Counted from the stretch's first letter, positions 38,942 through 49,419 are shown. The stretch: 64,000 nucleotides of DNA from Candidatus Saccharimonadota bacterium (GCA_018499905.2 JAHBAU020000005.1:2136-66135), one strand, 5' to 3'. A program made the numbers and translations. Notes: generated by a model from the letters alone, not told the origin.

Positions 38942-39601
38942 TTACTGTCGGGGCTGAACAATATAAGGCTCGCTGCCTACGACCTCTATTTTTTCGTCAT
39001 GTACGATGATAGCCGAGTCGTCCTTTAGCCCGTACACCGGAAAATCCAGACCTTGTGATGATTTGCGTAGTACATCCTCTCGGCGTTTTGGCTGGTCAGA
39101 TGAATCCATATGCGGACGAATAGCTAGATTCACGAGTTCCATATACTCATTTGTGCCAAAATCTTTTTCTTTGCCAAAAGCCTCCTGATAATCAATAGAA
39201 GCTGGACGCCTGCCCATAACGACCGAGCCGGCGCTGCTGCCAACATACACCTTTGTTTCTAATAACTTAATGAGCAACTTATCAAAACCGGTTTTCTTGT
39301 AGACGTGCATTAAATAGTCGGTATTCCCACCAACGACAAATATGACATCACACTTTGCTATGCGAGCCTCGACTTCTTCAATTGGCAGCGCTAGTAAATC
39401 GACAATATCAAAAGGGCCAGGGAAGTTATCCGCAGCACTGTTTAAATTATGCAATACCCAGCGTTTGTCGCCGTTCTCTGGTGCAAACGCTTCATTGATA
39501 ACGGCTATAGCAATTTCTTCTTTTGGCTTGCCAACTAAATCAACACAAGCCTGAACAGTATTGGGTGTATGAAAGCCCTCCGAACAAAGTAGTAGTTTCA
39601 T
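38942..39601 (-). CDS. peptidase E (S51)-like protein
   Basis: VVGGNT, YVGSSAGS, RPH. Confidence 0.85.
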   Translation of the reverse strand: MKLLLCSEGFHTPNTVQACVDLVGKPKEEIAIAVINEAFAPENGDKRWVLHNLNSAADNFPGPFDIVDLLALPIEEVEARIAKCDVIFVVGGNTDYLMHVYKKTGFDKLLIKLLETKVYVGSSAGSVVMGRRPASIDYQEAFGKEKDFGTNEYMELVNLAIRPHMDSSDQPKRREDVLRKSSQGLDFPVYGLKDDSAIIVHDEKIEVVGSEPYIVQPRQ

Positions 39602-39690
39602 AACATCATCATAGCAAACTGCTCCAATAGGGGCTTCTTAGATTGCCAGAACAAGTAGTCTGGGCTTCAGGACTTACAATAGGCTGCTAA

Positions 39691-40209
39691 CTAGATCGCC
39701 GCGATTAGGGCCTTGGCAACTTGTTCAATCGGTCTGGTGGCGTCGATAGTGTGTGCGCCGATTTTCTTGTAGTAATCTTTTGAGGACCTTTGCCATTCCA
39801 TCAGTGTTTTTAGCTCATGCGGGCTCTGGCCGAAACCTTCAGAGCCTCTATTTTTTATGCGTTCAATAAGAGTATTTTCATCAATGACTAAAGCAAATAC
39901 TCTGTCAAAAACATCAATATACTCGTCTTCGTTTGAAGCTACACCGCACACAAAAATCGGTTTGCTTTGAGCTCTTTCTTTTAGCTCAAGCAACCCATCT
40001 CGTGACATTTTCCAAGTATGCTCCGAACGCCATTTGGGTGTGCGATCAGCAGCCAACAAAGGACGATTAACCTTTTTACCAGATACATTGTTATAAAAGG
40101 CACTGAGCGTATCATCGCCTTCGTGTGCTTCATGACCAAGCTCAAGAAGCGTTTTGCAGATAGCAGACTTGCCCGAACCCGCGACGCCAGTGATGTAGAT
40201 AAGCCCCAT
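39691..40209 (-). CDS. P-loop nucleoside/nucleotide kinase-like protein
   Basis: IYITGVAGSGKS, IDATRPIEQV. Confidence 0.8.
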   Translation of the reverse strand: MGLIYITGVAGSGKSAICKTLLELGHEAHEGDDTLSAFYNNVSGKKVNRPLLAADRTPKWRSEHTWKMSRDGLLELKERAQSKPIFVCGVASNEDEYIDVFDRVFALVIDENTLIERIKNRGSEGFGQSPHELKTLMEWQRSSKDYYKKIGAHTIDATRPIEQVAKALIAAI

Positions 40210-40271
40210 AAGCCTAATCTTAACAAACAATAAGAAATCTGTTGATTGAAGTGGCAACAAAACCGAAGTGA

Positions 40272-40814
40272 TTAGTTCAAAATCTCATGTAAAAGATCAG
40301 GAAATTCAGTCAGTGGCGAGCCGTTCTGTTGCCTAGTAAAGTGCCCACGATCATTATAAGTTAGAACTTTAGCATTCAGGCCTGCGGCATTTTCAAGGGC
40401 AGCTTGATACGGCACCCATTGATCATCCTCGGAGTGTAATAGTCTAAAATCTTGGCAATTAGAACGAATGGTATCAAAATCGAATGGCCCTGAATAAAAG
40501 TCTCCACCGGCATCATCGGCAATCAAAGCGCTGTTAGTGGCGACTAATATAGCTTTGGAAATAGCGCGCCCCGGTGTCTCCAGCCAACGTAAGATAGCCA
40601 TACCACCCCTGGAATGACCAACCAGAATCGTTTCTTTGTCAGGATGTAAGTTGTCGATAGCCTCTAGCCACTCACGAATTTTAGGAACCGTTTCGTGGTT
40701 TATATCTGGAATGATGCATCGAACCCCGCGTTTAGCCAACTCGGACGATATCCACGGATACCACAGATCACGAGAGGTACGGTCTTTGCCATGGATCAAT
40801 ACAACTTGCTTCAT
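40272..40814 (-). CDS. RBBP9/YdeN-family alpha/beta hydrolase
   Basis: LIHG, WYPW, GHSRGG, HSEDDQWVP, GHF. Confidence 0.88.
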   Translation of the reverse strand: MKQVVLIHGKDRTSRDLWYPWISSELAKRGVRCIIPDINHETVPKIREWLEAIDNLHPDKETILVGHSRGGMAILRWLETPGRAISKAILVATNSALIADDAGGDFYSGPFDFDTIRSNCQDFRLLHSEDDQWVPYQAALENAAGLNAKVLTYNDRGHFTRQQNGSPLTEFPDLLHEILN

Positions 40815-40896
40815 GCCAACATCATAGCAAATCAATATGGCTGGCTTGTCGCTTTCGAATTACCCTAAATACACTCGCGCAGAAGCGACGCAAACT

Positions 40897-41313
40897 TCAA
40901 TCGTAGTATCTACATGCTTCAGTTGCGCCAACAACAGCGCCGGCGCTGACTACAAAGGCCAGGGCCATCATAATATAATCGGCTGTCTCATTCGGATAAA
41001 AGATAACTTTGCCCTCTTCGCGCTCTTCTTCGATGTCTGCTCTTGTTGCGTCAAAATCCGGCAAGTAGTCACTGGTATGTGCCATCACGATCTCGCCGCA
41101 CTTTAGATCAATCGCGCCGTCTTCATGCACCGTTTTCTCTAGTATCGAGGGCTCGCGCTCACAGGCGGCGACCAGGCTCAGCTGGTCTGTAGCAACCAGG
41201 TCGGGGTTTTCGCGTGCATCAGTGGTTCTGGCCCAGCCGGTAAGCATTAGGCAGCCATAAGTCACAATAACGCCCGCTCCAGCCGCAAAGCCATATCCTT
41301 GTAGACGATTCAT
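40897..41313 (-). CDS. hypothetical 2-TM protein
   Basis: N- and C-terminal hydrophobic helices. Confidence 0.5.
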   Translation of the reverse strand: MNRLQGYGFAAGAGVIVTYGCLMLTGWARTTDARENPDLVATDQLSLVAACEREPSILEKTVHEDGAIDLKCGEIVMAHTSDYLPDFDATRADIEEEREEGKVIFYPNETADYIMMALAFVVSAGAVVGATEACRYYD

Positions 41314-41399
41314 GGGAAGCCAATGTAAAGATATATAGGCAACATGTCAACATAGTTACATAAATAGTTTGTTGGTCCTGTCGGTACTATCAAATCGTT

Positions 41400-41867
41400 T
41401 TACGAATCAATTTTACTGAGCTTTTCCATCACTCTAATGTATGTTTCTAGTTCTTCTTTTGTAATTTGTGAATATATTGAGTCGCGGAGCTTACTTCGTA
41501 ATACTTCTTCAATTTTCTTCACTTGTTTTTGATAGCTCGGATTAAGAGCCACAAAACTCGATCTTGCGTCTTCTGCGTTGGCTCGGCGGGTGATAATGCG
41601 TTTTGCTTCAAGCAGTTTTAAGGCTTTCGTTAAAAATCCTAACGTTGTACCTAAATTTTTAGCCAGGTCGGTGGTTCTAATACCGGTCTTGCCGGTATCG
41701 GCAACAATGCCAACAATGTACCATTCCATGCCAGTCAGGCCGTAAGCGCTTAGCTGCTTATCCTTATATTGGCGAAGGGCACGATGGGCAGCAGACTCTA
41801 GTGCACCAACTTGGTAGGTGGTGATATCAGCAAGTCCTTTACTTTTCGGAAAGATTTCATTTGACAT
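41400..41867 (-). CDS. MarR-family regulator
   Basis: YGLTGMEW, DLAKNL, LEAKRIITR...DARS. Confidence 0.88.
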   Translation of the reverse strand: MSNEIFPKSKGLADITTYQVGALESAAHRALRQYKDKQLSAYGLTGMEWYIVGIVADTGKTGIRTTDLAKNLGTTLGFLTKALKLLEAKRIITRRANAEDARSSFVALNPSYQKQVKKIEEVLRSKLRDSIYSQITKEELETYIRVMEKLSKIDS

Positions 41868-41898
41868 GGGTATTACAGGTATTATACTATCAATAATA

Positions 41899-41918
41899 GT
41901 TTACTAAGTCAAGTAAAC
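41899..41918. promoter_or_regulatory. putative MarR operator
   Basis: GTTTACT-N6-AGTAAAC between divergent marR and the fasciclin gene. Confidence 0.6.
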
Positions 41919-41952
41919 ATAATAGGTACGCAAGGTAACTTGCAAGGAGGAA

Positions 41953-42591
41953 ATGATGGCAGAGACAAATAAAGTAGGCGCAGCCGTTATGACACTGGTC
42001 ATTGGGGCGCTTGTAGGCGGCGGGATAGGCTATGCAGCCGGAAATAGCAGTACGGATTCAACCAAATCATCAGAGACTTCAATGATGAATGAATCTTCGG
42101 GTAACTCAGATGGTGTGACAGTTGGCGGCGCCAAAATGGTCGCTAACCTAGACATTGTCGATAACGCAGCAAACGCTAAAAACGTATCGACGGTAGTTGG
42201 GCTCGTTCAGCAGGCAAATCTTGTTGACACACTAAAAGGCACTGGCCCGTTCACGGTGTTCGGTCCAAACAATGGAGCCTTTGATGCTGTCCCCAAGGAT
42301 ATTTTAGATAAAGTAGCCAGCAGCAATGATCTTTTGACGACTGTGCTTACCTATCATGTAGTACCGGGTACCTATACGAGTGCCGATCTTCGGGCAATGG
42401 CATCCAAGGGCGAGATGGTTAAAACCGTTCAAGGCGGTATGTTGAGCTTTAAGGTCATGGACAACAAAGTGTATGTTGTTGATGCCACGGGCCAACAAGT
42501 TGAAGTTGAGACAGCGGATGTTGTTTCAAGCAACGGTGTAACACATGTCATTAAGAATGTCTTACTACCCGTAGACCCTAGCACACTGTAA
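41953..42591 (+). CDS. fasciclin (FAS1) domain protein
   Basis: GPFTVFGPNNGAF, LTYHVVPG, SNGVTHVI..VLLP. Confidence 0.92.
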   Translation: MMAETNKVGAAVMTLVIGALVGGGIGYAAGNSSTDSTKSSETSMMNESSGNSDGVTVGGAKMVANLDIVDNAANAKNVSTVVGLVQQANLVDTLKGTGPFTVFGPNNGAFDAVPKDILDKVASSNDLLTTVLTYHVVPGTYTSADLRAMASKGEMVKTVQGGMLSFKVMDNKVYVVDATGQQVEVETADVVSSNGVTHVIKNVLLPVDPSTL

Positions 42592-42656
42592 ATTCATTTC
42601 ATAACGTCTGATCATGTAGTCGCAGGGCTGCATGATCAGACACAAAGAGGGGCACC

Positions 42657-44354
42657 ATGTTATTACTTTTAGGATCATTTATTGCTGGCATGCTCACTGT
42701 GCTTGCTCCTTGTGTGTTGGCCCTCTTACCAATCATTATTGGCGGTTCGGTGAGCGGCGACACAAAAGACAAAAAGCGGCCGCTTATTATTGCAGCTTCG
42801 TTAGCCGTGTCGTTACTAGTGTTTACACTCGCTTTAAAAGCGACTACATTGCTGATTGATATACCACCAACAACTTTTACGTATCTATCGGGCGCCATTA
42901 TTATCGGGCTAGGTTTATTGACTTTATTTCCTTCGGTTTACGCACGGCTGATTGCCAAGCTTGGTATTGAACAACGTGCCCAAACAACGCTGAGTAAAGG
43001 CTACCGTGACCAACGGAAATACCTTGGTCCAATTATTATTGGTGCTGCGCTCGGGCCGGTATTTTCTAGCTGCAGCCCGGTGTATGCATATATTATCGCA
43101 ACGGTATTACCAGTCAGTTTTGCAGAGGGCCTTTCACTTATTATCGCCTACATTCTGGGCTTAAGCCTCGTACTGCTACTCATTGGGTATTATGGACAGC
43201 GCTTTGTATCGAGGATTCGCTTTGCCAGTAATCCAAAAGGCTGGTTTCAGCGTAGCTTGGCAATTTTGTTTATCGTCGTTGGCTTACTCATACTTACCGG
43301 CTATGACAAGCGATTCCAAACATTTGTGTCAACGCACACGCCATTTAATTTTGACAGTCTAAGCAGCAAATTATTGCCGGATGGACGTGACAAAAAAGAC
43401 GGGGTGCTAAACGTTGAACCATACGCGGCGCCCGAGTTTGTTGGGCTGGATGATTGGATCAACAGTGAGCCTTTGACCAAAGAAGATTTGAAAGGCAAGG
43501 TGGTTTTGGTCGATTTTTGGACCTATAGCTGCATTAACTGTATCCGCAACAATCCGTACCTGATTGATTGGTATAACAAATATAAAGACAAAGGCTTTGT
43601 AGTTGTTGGCGTTCATGCGCCCGAGTTTGCGTTTGAAAAAATAAAAGCCAATGTGGAAAAAGCGGCTCGCGACCAAAAGCTGCCTTATCCGATTGCACTC
43701 GATAATAATTTTAAAACCTGGGCGGCATTCAAGAACCGATCATGGCCGGCTGGCTATCTACTCGACGCCGACGGCAACGTAAGGCGGGTGCATGAGGGAG
43801 AGGGAGAATACGAGGAAACCGAGCAAGCAATCCGCATGTTGCTAGAAGAAGCAGGAGCGGATCTTCGTGGCACAAAACAGAACGTTACGAGTTCCAATCT
43901 GCCTATATCGGCAGAGCAGACGCCAGAGACCTATCTTGGCGCTACGCGTGCAAGCAATTTTCAAAATGACAAAGGCTTGGCCGCTGCGCCCGTGCAAACC
44001 TTTACGCCAGCCAAAAACATTGGCAAGAATATGTGGACACTTGGTGGTACGTGGGAAGTAAAAGACAAAATGATTATAGCCCGCGGCAATAGTATTCTGC
44101 AGTTTCACATTGCTGCCAAAGAGGCTTACGTAGTTATGGGTTCATCAACACCCAAAGATGTGAGCATACTGGTCAATGGGCGGCCCGCCAGCATGCAAGG
44201 TGTGGCCGGAGCTGACGTCAATCAAAGCAAGGTACCCGTTGGTGAATACCGGCTGTATAAACTGATTGATTTTAAAACATTTCGAGACGATGCAGTCATT
44301 GAGCTGCAGGTACCCGACGGGGTAGAACTAAACGCATTTACATTTGGAAGTTAA
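42657..44354 (+). CDS. DipZ-like CcdA plus thioredoxin fusion
   Basis: APCVL, SSCSP, VDFWTYSCINC, HAPEFAFE, TPETYLG, AFTFG. Confidence 0.9.
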   Translation: MLLLLGSFIAGMLTVLAPCVLALLPIIIGGSVSGDTKDKKRPLIIAASLAVSLLVFTLALKATTLLIDIPPTTFTYLSGAIIIGLGLLTLFPSVYARLIAKLGIEQRAQTTLSKGYRDQRKYLGPIIIGAALGPVFSSCSPVYAYIIATVLPVSFAEGLSLIIAYILGLSLVLLLIGYYGQRFVSRIRFASNPKGWFQRSLAILFIVVGLLILTGYDKRFQTFVSTHTPFNFDSLSSKLLPDGRDKKDGVLNVEPYAAPEFVGLDDWINSEPLTKEDLKGKVVLVDFWTYSCINCIRNNPYLIDWYNKYKDKGFVVVGVHAPEFAFEKIKANVEKAARDQKLPYPIALDNNFKTWAAFKNRSWPAGYLLDADGNVRRVHEGEGEYEETEQAIRMLLEEAGADLRGTKQNVTSSNLPISAEQTPETYLGATRASNFQNDKGLAAAPVQTFTPAKNIGKNMWTLGGTWEVKDKMIIARGNSILQFHIAAKEAYVVMGSSTPKDVSILVNGRPASMQGVAGADVNQSKVPVGEYRLYKLIDFKTFRDDAVIELQVPDGVELNAFTFGS

Positions 44355-44364
44355 AGGAGTCACT

Positions 44365-44613
44365 ATGAATATAACAATTTACTCAACATCAAGCTGCGCA
44401 ACCTGCCATGTGGTAACTGACTGGTTGGATAAGCACAAAATGGCATATACCAAAAAGAACACTGACGAAGATAGTGCTGCTATGATGGAGTTTATGAACG
44501 TCAATGATGGATTTGTAGGAGTGCCATTTACAGTCATTACGACAGACGACGGTCAAACGACAAAAATTCCCGGCTTTGATCAAAAGAAGCTAAAACAAGC
44601 ATTAGGAATATAA
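44365..44613 (+). CDS. glutaredoxin/NrdH-like protein
   Basis: IYSTSSCATC, GVPFT, GFD. Confidence 0.85.
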   Translation: MNITIYSTSSCATCHVVTDWLDKHKMAYTKKNTDEDSAAMMEFMNVNDGFVGVPFTVITTDDGQTTKIPGFDQKKLKQALGI

Positions 44614-44638
44614 GCAAAGCAATCTTTATACTACCTCC

Positions 44639-45277
44639 ATGAGTTTTCGTATTGCTGGATCGCTACTTTGGGTAAGTTCTTTGCAGTACTTTGTGGTCCA
44701 GATAATTGCTGCTGCCGCATTTGAAGGTGGCTTTAGCATTGCATCAAACACCATTAGCGACCTGGGCAACTCGGTTTGCGGACTGTATGGGGATAGGTAT
44801 GTCTGCTCGCCGCTGCATCCGCTCATGAATGCTTCTTTTATATTGGTTGGCACCACGCAGTTACTTGGCGCGGCCTTGCTGTACAAATCCATGAAGAGTA
44901 GTCGGCTGAGGCTATTTGGCTTTGGCAGCATGGTTTTGGCGGGTGTGGGAACAATAGTGGTGGGTATATTTCCAGAAAATACTATTGGCACATTACACGT
45001 TATTGGCGCAGCATTGCCGTTTGTGTTTGGGAATCTGTCGATGATAGCACTTGGCAGCCAACTAAAGCTACCGCGCTGGCTTAAAACCTATAGCTATGTC
45101 AGCGGCATTCTTGGGCTGCTGGCTCTTGTGTTGTTTCTCTTGAAGATGTACCCGGGGATCGGGCAGGGCGGTATGGAGCGGATTGTCGCCTACCCTCAAA
45201 CAATGTGGATGGTAGTTGTCGGATTGAATTATCTTTATCATAAAAAGACCCGGGGAGCAGCAACAGGGCGTGGATAG
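44639..45277 (+). CDS. DUF998-family membrane protein
   Basis: NTISDLG, SPLH.LMN, GIFPEN, GGMER. Confidence 0.8.
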   Translation: MSFRIAGSLLWVSSLQYFVVQIIAAAAFEGGFSIASNTISDLGNSVCGLYGDRYVCSPLHPLMNASFILVGTTQLLGAALLYKSMKSSRLRLFGFGSMVLAGVGTIVVGIFPENTIGTLHVIGAALPFVFGNLSMIALGSQLKLPRWLKTYSYVSGILGLLALVLFLLKMYPGIGQGGMERIVAYPQTMWMVVVGLNYLYHKKTRGAATGRG

Positions 45278-45302
45278 GGCTCCGAAGAAGATTCGTCGGC
45301 AC

Positions 45303-45698
45303 TTACTGAATTAAGGGAAGCACGTCTTCTTCTGCAGCCTGCTCTAAAATAGCTTGGTCCTCTGCGCCAAAGGTGACGCTTGGGTCATCGGTGATGATCT
45401 CAATATTAGCGACTACCTTACCAGCCTTTTTGACCGGCACCACAATAATCGAAGATATGAGGTGTCCATGAAACTCCACATCCATATGGTTGGCTATCTC
45501 GGCAATTCCCGTAACAGCTACTCGGCCGTTTCTATTCTTGTCTGGCGTGTTTTCTAGTGGATTAACTAGGTCTATCCATACTTGCGGCATGTTATAACTT
45601 GCACTGCACCGCAAAACTTTATCCTTTTCGTCAACAACCATAATCGCGCCAGATGACGCACCGAGTTGTTTGACCAGTTTCATGATTAATTCTTCCAT
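45303..45698 (-). CDS. stand-alone GAF-domain protein
   Basis: GAIMVVDE, SIIVVPV..GKVV, FGAEDQAIL. Confidence 0.75.
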   Translation of the reverse strand: MEELIMKLVKQLGASSGAIMVVDEKDKVLRCSASYNMPQVWIDLVNPLENTPDKNRNGRVAVTGIAEIANHMDVEFHGHLISSIIVVPVKKAGKVVANIEIITDDPSVTFGAEDQAILEQAAEEDVLPLIQ

Positions 45699-45776
45699 TG
45701 CCTTTTAGTGTAGCAAACAAATTTCCTTCCAGGATCTGAAACGTCTTTTAGCAGTACATAGCTTCGCAGCGGAACT

Positions 45777-46745
45777 CTAATGAGACAGGGTGTCTCTAAA
45801 CACCTGCATTTGATCTGCAGTACCTACACTTACTCGTACATAAGTCTTGTCCAAGCCACAGTTGCTCGCGCCATTTCCATGATTGACCCTAATGTCTGCC
45901 TGTTCTAATTTTTCGACAAAAGAAGTCGCACCAGACTCGTCGGCAAACCTTAGGAGTACGGCATTAATGTGGCATGGTATGACTTGATATCCGAGTTGGG
46001 CTAAATAACTTTCAGTTTTCTGCCGCTCACTGATTATCGACTCCCGCATTTTCATAAAATAATCTTCATGGTTAAGCGCCGTGACAGCGGCACCGACAGA
46101 AGTATAAGCAACATTGAACCAGGTAGACTCAAGTGTAATTTGCTCCAATACCTCAGGATGAGCAACAATGTACCCAATTCTGAATCCGGCAAGGGCATAG
46201 CCCTTTGAAAAACTCCGAAGAACAATCAAATTCTTATTATTGGCAACATCACCAATTACCGAGTCGTCAAAAAAGTCACCGTATGCCTCATCAATAACAA
46301 TCTTGGCGTTTGGATTATTGGCCACTAAATCCAAAATTGTTTCTCGTTTTGTCACGCCAGCTGGATTGTTAGGATTTGCAAGGAAAATCAGTGAGGCGCC
46401 ATCAATCTTAGATGTTGATATTGAGTATGTACTATCTTCTAATGACTGATGCTCAGTGAATTTACCCCCAAGTTTCTTGGCATCGGTATAGCAAATATAT
46501 GTTGGGGTAAAAACATGAGTATCACTACCGAAAGTGGCACAGAGCAGCGTAATGGCTTGATCTGCCCCCGCCGTCAAATACACGCTATCCATTGACACCC
46601 CGTGTTTGTCAGCAATCTTTTGTCGCAGCTCTTCTGGTTGGTGAAAGTAAGAATTACTAGCTGTTGCGTATGCAGCAAGACCGCCGGCAATAAAGTCAGG
46701 CAGTTTATCTTTAATAGTTGTGAAACTCAAATCAATTGCTGGCAT
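45777..46745 (-). CDS. PLP-dependent aminotransferase class I/II (HisC-like)
   Basis: NPNNPAG, IDEAY, LRSFSKGYALAGFRIGY, RVSVG. Confidence 0.9.
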   Translation of the reverse strand: MPAIDLSFTTIKDKLPDFIAGGLAAYATASNSYFHQPEELRQKIADKHGVSMDSVYLTAGADQAITLLCATFGSDTHVFTPTYICYTDAKKLGGKFTEHQSLEDSTYSISTSKIDGASLIFLANPNNPAGVTKRETILDLVANNPNAKIVIDEAYGDFFDDSVIGDVANNKNLIVLRSFSKGYALAGFRIGYIVAHPEVLEQITLESTWFNVAYTSVGAAVTALNHEDYFMKMRESIISERQKTESYLAQLGYQVIPCHINAVLLRFADESGATSFVEKLEQADIRVNHGNGASNCGLDKTYVRVSVGTADQMQVFRDTLSH

Positions 46746-47033
46746 GCAGTTATCATATCAAAGAATATGAAGGTGGCTTCTGGCTCAAGATGGTATTTTA
46801 TCTATGCTTGGTAGCCATCGATAGAACGACTTGGAACTCAATCAAGGCAGAACTCATTATCATGTGGCAGATAGTATCTGATTATCAGAAGTTATACATC
46901 AAGTAGTCTTAAGCGGCTTTAACAGAACCAGAGGTAGTAACTATAGACATAAGATTGTATTACTGTAAATAATATTGCTTATGGTTTGAAGTACAGTTCT
47001 TTTGCAGTAGTATCAATACAGAGGTAAAAGTTT

Positions 47034-48887
47034 GTGAAACTGAAAGCGTTTAGAGTAAAGAATTTCAAGTCAATCATTGATTCTGGATTGACTCATCTTT
47101 CAGTGGACTACATTACTACGGTTATAGGTCAAAATGAGTCTGGCAAGTCAGCACTTATTGAAGCTCTCGATAGTTATTTTAAGGGAGTTATATTAGAAAA
47201 AGACATAAGACATGATGATGGAGATTTACCGTCTGTTGATTGTGTATATGCAACGAGTGAAGCAGAAATCAGAACGATACTTGATGAGTATCAATTACCA
47301 GAGGCAGTGGTGCAAGCATTACGTGCGAACTCATGGGAGTTTACCTTACAGCGAACATGGGTTACTGATTTAGCTAAAGGTGAACTGAGCCTCATTCTGC
47401 CATCACTAACAGATGATGATTTTACATACTCGGAAAGCGAATCCGAGCAGGAAAAAGAAACTCCAAGTCCTGAGGAACCAGACCTACCACCTGAGCCAAA
47501 GAAAAAACAGCTGACAGTAAAAGCCATGACTGATCTATTATTCGAGAACGTGCCCATCATAATATTTTTTGACAAACAAGAGCACATACTTCCAGCGACC
47601 ATTGACATTAAAAGTCTCAATACTTCAAAATCCGTTAAAGGAAAAGCAGCCGCACTAAACTTTTTAAAGCTTGTCGGTCTTGACGACTTAACTTACTTTA
47701 ACGATCGTAAAAATAGAGCCAAAATACAACACAAAATAGAGAAAGAAGCCATAAAGTTCACAAAAGACTTTCAAGTTTTCTGGCAACAGGAAATAGGTGC
47801 AAGCATCACAGGTTCTCAAAATGTTAAGGGAGAGAAAGTCGAGATAAAATTTGGCGTTGATGCCCATGATGGTGGCGAAGAAGCAGGAACAGGCTCCTAT
47901 CTTTATTTTATTGTAGGAGATGGCAAACAACTTTTGCATCCTGATCAGCGTAGTGATGGCATGCGATGGTACATCTCATTTTATCTACAGCTCAGAGCCT
48001 ATTCTCAAAATGGCGAGAGGCCACAAGTGATAGTCATGGATGAGCCTGGACAGTTCTTACATGCAAGTGCACAAGAGGACTTATTGAAGCTATTCGAAGC
48101 TGAAGCAAATGAAAACGTAAACATCATATACACCACCCACTCTCCGTTTATGGTTGGACAAGGAGATAAAATTAATAGAATCATTGCTGCTCAACGATCA
48201 CCACACAAAAAGAATGACGGATACAGTCATACGGAAATTATGAGTGGTTTTGAGCTCGGTGCTGCTTCAAGAAATACACTATTCCCATTAATGGCTCATA
48301 TGGGTATGAGATTGTCAGATCAGGAAGTTATAAAGCGAGAGAATAACTTAATTACTGAAGAAATATCAGCTACTTACTATATCAAGGCATTCCTACTACT
48401 GAATGGAAAAGACATAGATGTAAATATCATAGCTTCGACTGGTGCTGATAATGTGCCACAGTTATGTTATGAGTTTTTGGGTTGGGGGCTTAAATTCAGC
48501 GTACTACTAGACGGTGATAAAAAGGGAGAAAAAGTACGTAATAATTTAAAGCGCGATTTATTTTTAGATGATGACGAAATAGCCAACAAGAATGTTTATC
48601 GAATGCGTGGTCATAACGGCATCGAGGATATTTTTACCCAAAAGGATTTTAAGAAACATGTCTTAGGCGATGAATCGGTGTCATATACTGGCGATAATTC
48701 AAAATACGTAGATGAGCAAAAACTTCCCAAAGCTGTTCTTGCAGCAATATTCTTGCAGAAAGTTAAGGAAGGTCATATTGCAATCGAGGGAGATGACGGA
48801 CTCATGCCAACTACGAAAACAAATATACAAAAAGTAGTAAACGCTGTAGAAAAGTTAATTTCTAATCAGGCAAGTCGCTCTGAGTAG
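47034..48887 (+). CDS. OLD-family-like ABC ATPase plus TOPRIM nuclease
   Basis: VKNFKSI, GQNESGKS, RSDG, MDEPGQFLH, TTHSP, ITEE, LLDGD, IED. Confidence 0.8.
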   Translation: MKLKAFRVKNFKSIIDSGLTHLSVDYITTVIGQNESGKSALIEALDSYFKGVILEKDIRHDDGDLPSVDCVYATSEAEIRTILDEYQLPEAVVQALRANSWEFTLQRTWVTDLAKGELSLILPSLTDDDFTYSESESEQEKETPSPEEPDLPPEPKKKQLTVKAMTDLLFENVPIIIFFDKQEHILPATIDIKSLNTSKSVKGKAAALNFLKLVGLDDLTYFNDRKNRAKIQHKIEKEAIKFTKDFQVFWQQEIGASITGSQNVKGEKVEIKFGVDAHDGGEEAGTGSYLYFIVGDGKQLLHPDQRSDGMRWYISFYLQLRAYSQNGERPQVIVMDEPGQFLHASAQEDLLKLFEAEANENVNIIYTTHSPFMVGQGDKINRIIAAQRSPHKKNDGYSHTEIMSGFELGAASRNTLFPLMAHMGMRLSDQEVIKRENNLITEEISATYYIKAFLLLNGKDIDVNIIASTGADNVPQLCYEFLGWGLKFSVLLDGDKKGEKVRNNLKRDLFLDDDEIANKNVYRMRGHNGIEDIFTQKDFKKHVLGDESVSYTGDNSKYVDEQKLPKAVLAAIFLQKVKEGHIAIEGDDGLMPTTKTNIQKVVNAVEKLISNQASRSE

Positions 48888-48965
48888 TTTCTTCTAAAGA
48901 TGACTCTATATCGATAAGTATTTTGAAAAACTCAACTAATGATTTTATATCTGAGTCCGATAAAC

Positions 48966-49385
48966 TCATTGGTTAAATTCCGGCACGATCAAAGTTGGTT
49001 CAGGCACTGGAGATAACTCTACTTGGTTATTCTCGCGCTCAATTCGCAAACGTCCTAATTCTGCTTCTGATAAGGCGAACCATGCCCCAAAGAACAATAA
49101 CCAAGCGATGATAAATAGAATAATTACTTTTAAGATTCGCCACCATAGCTTTTGCTTAGGCTTAGATTGTTTACGTCTTATGTAGTAGTTAGCTAATAAG
49201 ATAGTGATGATAAGTAAAAATAGTCTCGTATACGGAAAGATTGGGTAAAGAAATGTTTGTAGTTGATTCTCTAGAAGTGTAAGTATCGTTTCAAAAACAA
49301 AATTTCCAAAAATAAATAACAGAACCGCACTTGCATAGACTTTGATTTTATTGACTTTGTGTTGAGGCTTTTCTTCTTCTGGCAT
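48966..49385 (-). CDS. hypothetical 3-TM protein
   Basis: AAGGAG RBS before ATG at 49385; three TM segments. Confidence 0.6.
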   Translation of the reverse strand: MPEEEKPQHKVNKIKVYASAVLLFIFGNFVFETILTLLENQLQTFLYPIFPYTRLFLLIITILLANYYIRRKQSKPKQKLWWRILKVIILFIIAWLLFFGAWFALSEAELGRLRIERENNQVELSPVPEPTLIVPEFNQ

Positions 49386-49419
49386 AGACACTCCTTTTTA
49401 TTTGGGGTGTCGTAAATAA

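Noticed and set aside
26234..46745. Integron cassette array explaining the run of small genes
   Set aside because: No recurring attC-like sites or integron integrase; genes are in mixed orientation with their own promoters
47034..48887. Gabija or retron system
   Set aside because: No UvrD helicase or reverse transcriptase in the island
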